Positions 57,372-64,000 of a stretch of DNA of 64,000 nucleotides are shown here, in pieces (within the stretch, counting starts at the first letter, position 1; every line of letters begins with the position of its first letter). Where the stretch lies: the NCBI GenBank assembly GCA_964019425.1, contig OZ025799.1, positions 248,001 through 312,000 of the forward strand, read 5' to 3'. Both the position numbers and the translations under genes were made by a program. The notes below the pieces were generated by a model. That model saw only the letters and a program-made list of their open reading frames with translations. It had not been told where the DNA came from and searched no databases. Origin of the DNA: Flectonema sp. DT1601. Lineage: Eukaryota.

Positions 57372-58214
57372 TCAGGTAACTACACAACAAACGGTTTCAC
57401 TCTCTTTTTGTTTTGGTATTTGGTAGGTATATACCGCTTTAGGTGGTAATTTAGAAACGAGGTTCGTTTTCACAAATTTGATAGGCTCCGCTGTAGCCGT
57501 TCGAACTTGTAAAACACCAGCAGGTGGACCCGGATATTTAGTCTGAAGAATTGAGAGAAGGTCGGCAATGGTACTGCTGAAACCAATACCTGGAGTGAAT
57601 GAATGGAAAATACGACGACCTAAATCTCGAATATTTATAGAAGGTGGTGCAAAAGGACATGAAACCATTGATGACGGAGCCTGAGATGTCGGAGCTTTCC
57701 TAAGACTTGACTGCGGTGATGGCGGCTGAGAAACCGTTGCCTTCTGTCCAGGAAAAGATTTACAAACTTTACACATCGATTTTAGTATTCGATGTTTGCA
57801 TTTCCTTTTAGCAACTGAGCTACCTCCAGCACTACTAGCTGGTTTTAGGGCTAAAGGTGCTGTGACATGAAAAGCTGCATCATTCTGGAATGCGAGGATG
57901 TCAAGGTTTCTCTTTGTTATTGGAGAGGACGGCATTTCCTCAAGAAGCTTATCAGCGGCGATTCGCAATGGTGGAAGAGGGTTTAAATCTGTTCCTCTTA
58001 ACCCATCCATTTGAAGTTCAATGTCTGGCGTGCCAACCAACTGCGATGCGTCAGCTGATCCATTCTTGAATGAAACTTCTCGAGCGCATCGTTGGCCCAG
58101 AGATGGCGGAGTTGACGGGGTTTGATTTACTCCAAATATTTCATCTTTCAGAGGCGATTCTGGAGGTGTCCCTGGCGGGGTACCTCCACTACTGTCGCTA
58201 TCAGCTGCCGACAT
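57372..58214 (-). CDS. Hypothetical Pro/Ser-rich protein with a CxH..CxxC motif and a C-terminal CaaX-like CCVVT, 280 aa
   Basis: Open frame with KCKHRILKSMCKVCK; ends ETVCCVVT*; upstream TATATTTAACAG acceptor-like site. Confidence 0.75.
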   Translation of the reverse strand: MSAADSDSSGGTPPGTPPESPLKDEIFGVNQTPSTPPSLGQRCAREVSFKNGSADASQLVGTPDIELQMDGLRGTDLNPLPPLRIAADKLLEEMPSSPITKRNLDILAFQNDAAFHVTAPLALKPASSAGGSSVAKRKCKHRILKSMCKVCKSFPGQKATVSQPPSPQSSLRKAPTSQAPSSMVSCPFAPPSINIRDLGRRIFHSFTPGIGFSSTIADLLSILQTKYPGPPAGVLQVRTATAEPIKFVKTNLVSKLPPKAVYTYQIPKQKESETVCCVVT

Positions 58215-59474
58215 CCATTCCTAAGCTAGTCCATTATTTCCTCCTTTTCTGTTAAATATAAAGTAATAAGTGATTCATCCTTTACATCATGAATTCACCA
58301 CACTTTAGATTGTTTTATTTAAGTAGATACCTTGGTTGAGAAAAATATATATTTATCCAGAATTAACGTGCGTGTGCGACTTGATACCAACACAGTGTGT
58401 GGTTGTATGATCTCAATAAAATAAAAATAAATAAATAAAACGCGAACGGTCACGGTGGTGGAAATGTGGAGAGGAGGGCGAGGGGGGTTGAGAGTCCTAA
58501 TAAAATACAATAGTTCTCTGAATTGTTGACGTACAATAAAAAGAGCTATTTACACACACGCAGGCTTACTGCTGAAGTAACTGGTGGCGAGATGTATTTT
58601 TAGCAAATTAGTTTTATTTTTTAAAGTAACGTCACTCAAGAAGTTACTCAAAAAAAAAAAAAAAAAACAATTTATTTTTTTAACAGAACAACAACAACAA
58701 TAATAATAATGTAAATAATAATAATAATAAAAAATAAAAAAAAAATGAAGTAAAAAAAGATAACTCACAATATATTTAATCTAATTCTTAACGAATATTT
58801 TATAATAAAAAGAGGAGGAGGGGTGATTCAACCAACTTGTAAACACCAACTATGTATTAGCATCAGCATTAAGGATACAGTGAAACTATACTATATTATG
58901 TTATGATTAGTAATCAACAAGCCTCTTTACACATTCTCTCATCATCGGTATATCAGATATAAGTCAACTCAGCTGCTTGACTACACCATACGAAGAATAA
59001 CAAGTTATGTGTAAATACCGCAAAAACATGATTACTCAATCGTTTTATAGTTGGAGACAGCTATTCGTTTGTTTTTTGGATACAAAAAAATAAAAGAGGA
59101 GGAGGGGGGTAACTTGATACTGTAATTAAATATAATATTATAAAACCAACGGGAGGGGGAAGAAAGAAAAGATTAGTGCAAATACACAGCAGGGAGTGAG
59201 TGAGCATGCAACCCACTGACATGCAGTACTTGAAAACTCGGTGTCACAACCTGTACATGCATCTGTCCTTGATAGTTGGGAAATGGATATCACTGAGTAG
59301 CTCTTTCGCAGTAGTCTCTTGCACATCACTAAGAAGGTTGTACAATAGAGTTTACTTATAGAAAGATAGCTGGACAGTGATATGCTATGGTACAGAATTT
59401 CATCTTTTCTTAAGTCTGCAGAAGTACTGATGATGGTGGGAAGGGGTGTGCCGTCCACGACAGGAAGGGTTTTC

Positions 59475-60563
59475 TTATGAAGAGGAAGCCGCTCCAGCTA
59501 AAATTTCATTCCTAATCTCTGATACAGCCAATACCATGTTTTCAAGTTTTTGTTCAGCAACTCTTGTTGGAAGCATCATCATTCCACAATCAGGTGAGAT
59601 CATCAGTCTAGAAGGAGGAATGTCTTCCATAACTGATCTGATTCGGTCCTTAATCTCTGTGACTGTCTCTACTTCGGTTGATGCTATCTTTATAACTCCC
59701 AATACGATACCCTTCTTCTTACAACACTTAAATACCGACTTGTCATTATACCTGTGAGCATCTTCAATACAAATGTAATCTAAATTATCAACTTCATCCA
59801 ATGCCGGCAACAGTCGGTTGTAAGCCTCAGGTGATGCTCTTTTATAATTAGTTTCGTTATTAAGTGAATCGGGATAGCCACAGCAAATATGAACCATCTT
59901 AGTGACATCTGGGTAGGCCTCTAATCCTTTGAAGACATCGTTTAGGTACTTGATGCCAACTGATAAAGCTAGTTCGGGTTGTCTTGCAAAAACAGGTTCA
60001 TCAATTTGAATATATTTAACACCACTCTTAGCCAATGAGATGATTTCAGTGTTTAGAGCTGCTGACATGTCTTTCATGTATGATTCTAGATCGTCTCCAT
60101 AGTGGCTATCTATTATGGTGTCACGGATCGTTACAGGACCTGGTAGCTGAACTTTAACTGGTTTCTTTGTGAACAACTCTGCTGTTAGAATTTCTGATGC
60201 CAAAAATGGTTCCCTTGCTGATACCGGTGCGTTAATGACTGGTGACAGGTAGCTGTAAGCTCCTCCACGGCATTGCTTTTCTTGTAAATTTTTACTATCA
60301 ATGCCTTGTAAGTGACAACAATGATACGAAATATAATCAGCTCTTCTGATCTCACCATCAGTCAAAACATCAACTCCGATTCTGTCGAGTGACTCAATGA
60401 CGTCTTTAGTTGCTTTCAGTTCTGTGTAGTCTCTCATACCATCATTTTTGTTCAGATACTCAACATACAGTTTAACGAAAGAATGAACCTTGTCTTTCCA
60501 CCAGTCAGGAACTTCAAGATAATCAGGCTTTGGATAGGATCCTATTAAGGTTGTTTGCAACAT
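59475..60563 (-). CDS. Cobalamin-independent methionine synthase catalytic domain only (core/half-size MetE-like), ~362 aa
   Basis: MLQTTLIGSYPKP, DVLTDGEIRR, VKVQLPGPVT, YIQIDEP, Zn ligands HICCG and SPDCG, KLENMV. The start is placed at 60563 because a TTAACACAG acceptor-like site lies downstream of the ORF-track ATG. Confidence 0.88.
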   Translation of the reverse strand: MLQTTLIGSYPKPDYLEVPDWWKDKVHSFVKLYVEYLNKNDGMRDYTELKATKDVIESLDRIGVDVLTDGEIRRADYISYHCCHLQGIDSKNLQEKQCRGGAYSYLSPVINAPVSAREPFLASEILTAELFTKKPVKVQLPGPVTIRDTIIDSHYGDDLESYMKDMSAALNTEIISLAKSGVKYIQIDEPVFARQPELALSVGIKYLNDVFKGLEAYPDVTKMVHICCGYPDSLNNETNYKRASPEAYNRLLPALDEVDNLDYICIEDAHRYNDKSVFKCCKKKGIVLGVIKIASTEVETVTEIKDRIRSVMEDIPPSRLMISPDCGMMMLPTRVAEQKLENMVLAVSEIRNEILAGAASSS

Positions 60564-62091
60564 GTTCGGTAGGAATGTAATGGAGAGCTGTGTTAACATA
60601 AGAAGATTAGCTCAAGGAACCAATTAACCAAAACACTACAATGCACGTAACAATAATAACCTGAATTTTGCCTTAACTGATAGCGTTACCTTTACAGGAT
60701 GCAAAAAAAAAAAGAAGAAAAAAAGTAAATAACTATAATTAAATAAAAAAATCAACTTGAAACTGGTTGCCATGTAAAAAAGAATACGTTTAAAAACAGT
60801 AACTACCTACAACGTTGTAACGCATCTGTTTACATGTCTCTTTTTCCTTGTTATCAGTCAGCGGTACGGAATTGAATTATAAATTTGTTTAAATAAGTGT
60901 GAGCCCTGAGAAATTAAAACCAGGGGGGGTACAAATGTAATGCGGTAAAAGTGTAGGTTTCACCCTATTCATTACTTTGTCAAAAAAAAAAAAAAAAAAA
61001 AAAAAAAACATAAAATAATTCTTTTTTTTAATTTCTAGGATGCTTTAGTTTTTTTTTTGCTATAATGGTCGTAGCACACTAAGCCACTCACCTTTAATAA
61101 ATTAAAGGTAGGGTTGTCCCGAATTCAGTAAGAAAACGTGAGGGAGTCTATCGGATGGTTGGGAGATTGGAGCAAAAGCATTCAGCGAGCAAATATCATT
61201 TGTGCCCCCTTCTACGTTCTATGTTCGAACACAGAGTAGATTCTCACAGAAAGGTTTCATGGGGATACGAATATTTTAGTACAGCAGTACTAATTTTTTT
61301 TTTTTTTTTTTCGATAAAAAAAAAAAAACGATAACATTTAAAGTACAATCAATAAAAGTTGTCTTCATTTCAAAGACGAAAGCGTCATCTCTGGCAACTG
61401 TATGCATAGCCATTTTAAATACACATTCGTTCTATTCTTTAATTTTTTTTTGTCACATAAGCCCTATTATGGCTGCCTTATAGTAAAGGTTAGTTCGTTG
61501 AATAAATAATTTTGAGTTCGTCTTCTTGTTGACACGGCATTCAGACTGAACTATAATGTGAGTATTAACACAAACAGCCAGAACTCCGCACAAATTGGCT
61601 GTCGCTCATGCTACAACTTGGGTACTAAGATTAAGCCTATTTATAATGATATAAATTTGCCGTGGGTGGGGGGTGGGGAGTGTGCGGTGATAGAATGACA
61701 ATGTAGAAACAATAATAAAAAAAATAAAACTAAAAAAAAAAAAAGCCTTAAAATACCCAAGTGAAGTAATAAGGTTAAACTGAAAAGCATGGGGATGGGA
61801 GGATTTGTTATATTAAAAAAAAAAAAAACAGAGAAAGAAAGAAAAAAAAAGGAACAGATATTAAATTAAATTGACGGGTCTAATCAGCAAAAAAAAAAAA
61901 AAAAAAAAAATACAAACAAAGAAAATGGGTCGCTCATGCAACAATTATTTTTTTATGCAAAATAAACAATCGGTGTATGAAATAGAACACTAGTTGAAAG
62001 GACCCCAAACAGATCAAAGTATATCAGTCTGGAATCTTCCAGTTAGAGGGAGTGATTTTTTTTTTTTTTTTTTTTTCTTTTTTCTATTCGG

Positions 62092-63306
62092 TCAAACAGA
62101 AAGAATTGTGTCTTCCAAAACCTGTTCTCTTGGGGGTGCTATGAGTGGATTATGTGACTGCACTACACTTGTGTCCTCAGCATTGACAACAGTATCTATC
62201 ACATCTGGTGGCGTCTGCTCATTAGAAAGAGATAGCCGCTTTAGAATAGTAGTCGCAGCACTTTTTGTATTATCTTGCTCTTCGTATGAAAGCGGAAGAG
62301 ATATTTTAAAAGCTGGTCCGAACGTTGCCAATCCCCCTTGTGTTGTTCTAGGGATAAGGGGTGACAAGAAGACTAATACTGAAACTGTCACACAAAGATC
62401 TCCCAACCGAAGATATTTGTTAACCCCGGTTACAATAAATTGTTTTCCAGAGTTCCGTTCTGTAAATTGTAAAGAAGCAGGAGAGTCAAATACAGGTGCT
62501 AATAAGTCCCACGTTGACACAACATGCCTTGCAATAAGCCCCTTTTGAGGATGGTATCTTGCTAAGAGAGACCCAAACTCTTGTGAAGCATCAGTATAAA
62601 CGGTTGGATTCCATCGATGAGAAATTAGTTTAAAAGGGTTTTTAACATAAGCTAACGATAGCAAACTATTAGTACCTTCGGAAAGTTGTTTAATAATCCC
62701 AGGTATTGAGATGTTGTTGTCACTTACTGTTTGTTTTATTACGTCTGAAAAATCAACAAATTGATCTGCAGTTTGTAACTCAAGCGAAGACAACGCCCTC
62801 GACACATCCGCAAGGATACCATCAGATGCTAATCTTTCGTTATCTGTTATTTTAGCTTCTTGTTGTGATTCATGCAGTCTAATTGCTTCAGGGTATTTCA
62901 TTTCAAAAGTGTCCGCCAGCTGTGAAACTAACGGAAGAGTCCAAGTTCTTAAGGATCGACTTCTGTGTAGTAAGTTTGATACTAAAAAAACTGAAGTTCT
63001 ATTTCTGTTTGCGATGACGACATCGATTCCATGTATAGAAACTGTTCCCTGTTCTGGGAATCCAGTTAGTTGTTGGTGAGCCATGACTATCTCAGCAAGC
63101 ATGTTTGAATCGTACTTTAATCCTTCGCCTTCTGTTGAGTGCCAGTTAACCATTACACCACTTCCTACCCTACTCACAATCATTACTATGAACACATCTC
63201 CCAAAGATCCAAAATCAAAGAAATAATCTTTCTTTACATCGACAGTTTGAATTTTGTAGTGCGGGTCGGAGGCCTGTCGACGGTTTGCAAGTTCGTCAAA
63301 AGACAT
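62092..63306 (-). CDS. Hypothetical protein, possible N-terminal longin-like domain, ~404 aa
   Basis: Long open frame with the first ATG at 63306 (MSFDEL). The beta-beta-alpha-beta-beta-beta-alpha pattern is only suggestive of a longin fold. Confidence 0.72.
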   Translation of the reverse strand: MSFDELANRRQASDPHYKIQTVDVKKDYFFDFGSLGDVFIVMIVSRVGSGVMVNWHSTEGEGLKYDSNMLAEIVMAHQQLTGFPEQGTVSIHGIDVVIANRNRTSVFLVSNLLHRSRSLRTWTLPLVSQLADTFEMKYPEAIRLHESQQEAKITDNERLASDGILADVSRALSSLELQTADQFVDFSDVIKQTVSDNNISIPGIIKQLSEGTNSLLSLAYVKNPFKLISHRWNPTVYTDASQEFGSLLARYHPQKGLIARHVVSTWDLLAPVFDSPASLQFTERNSGKQFIVTGVNKYLRLGDLCVTVSVLVFLSPLIPRTTQGGLATFGPAFKISLPLSYEEQDNTKSAATTILKRLSLSNEQTPPDVIDTVVNAEDTSVVQSHNPLIAPPREQVLEDTILSV

Positions 63307-63739
63307 TTTTTGAGTGTCCCTCCCCCCTCGTCCTATCAAGATAAAAGATAATAAACGATCCAGGCTAATGTTACAATATTATTCATAATTGAATTGTCAT
63401 GTACGTGATTAGTATATTTGTTGGAACGCTGTGAAGAAAGACATAGCGCTAACCCTCAAAGAGAAACAGTATTAAGAAAATATAAAAAAACCAAAGATAA
63501 CGTGTCTTAGTTTCCAATGTTCTTTGGCGCATATCGAACGCAACCCCCCGAAAAACAAAAAAAAAAAAAAAACACACACTTGTTTAGCCTAAAATATACA
63601 ACGTACAAATAACTTCTCAAAGATGAAAAGTTACCTTGGGGGGTTTACACTGCTCAGTAAACACTTTGAACGAACCGGAAAATAAAGTACTGCTGAACAG
63701 GTTTTTAACTGTCCAGCATGCTGAAGAGCAATTGTGGAA

Positions 63740-64000
63740 TTAGAATTTAAAAACGTCATCACCTGTGTATGATAAATCACCAAGAAGACCTGATAGAACA
63801 CCTTGTTTTGGAGGACTGCTATCATAGTCTTTATCACCTGATACTGCTTTCATCATTCCAGGGGGTCCACAAACAAATATTTTTCCTTCGCCACTCTTCG
63901 GCATATAACTTTTAATCATGTGAGAGTTTACAAATCCAAGGCATTCTGTCCAGTTGAAGGTGGCAGTCTCTAATACATAAATCACATTTAACCTCTTGTG
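63740..64000 (-). CDS. NADH-cytochrome b5 reductase family, C-terminal part (5'-partial)
   Basis: GFVNSHMIKSYMP..KIFVCGPPGMMKAVSGDK..KQGVLSGLLGDLSYTGDDVFKF* matches the NAD-binding C-terminus of cytochrome b5 reductases. Confidence 0.88.
   Translation of the reverse strand, partial: HKRLNVIYVLETATFNWTECLGFVNSHMIKSYMPKSGEGKIFVCGPPGMMKAVSGDKDYDSSPPKQGVLSGLLGDLSYTGDDVFKF

Noticed and set aside
61994..62548. Plus-strand 184-aa ORF and other antisense or alternative-frame ORFs overlapping real genes (e.g. 14626, 16594, 50563, 59446)
   Set aside because: They are shadows of well-supported minus-strand CDSs and carry no independent motifs.

Overview
AT-rich eukaryotic (protist) nuclear DNA with many poly(A)/poly(T) tracts. 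All ~21 credible host genes lie on the minus strand, nearly all are intronless, and many are preceded by a pyrimidine-rich tract ending in (T)AACAG/TACAG. This layout fits euglenozoan-style polycistronic transcription with spliced-leader trans-splicing; a diplonemid-like organism is my inference and cannot be proven from this window. Recognisable genes are a GT77-like glycosyltransferase (partial), a 3-exon EF-hand protein, DMC1, a nucleoside-deoxyribosyltransferase-like/Nudix fusion, a kinesin-ARM-calpain-III protein, a pseudo-DEAD-box/SPRY protein, an NZF-RBR E3 ligase, a DHHC palmitoyltransferase, a TPMT-like methyltransferase, a Ubl-LRR protein, a half-size (core) MetE-like synthase and a cytochrome b5 reductase (partial). 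The most striking gene encodes an 889-aa protein that joins an adenylate-kinase-like P-loop domain, an mRNA guanylyltransferase and a cap guanine-N7 methyltransferase, making it a candidate all-in-one capping enzyme. Mobile DNA comprises a 5'-truncated RT/RNase H LINE with a (TCTA)n tail, a 148-bp copy of its 3' end inside an intron, a second tailed retroposon fragment, and a 1.67-kb TIR DNA transposon just upstream of the capping gene. All domain calls come from motif recognition by eye; no searches were run.
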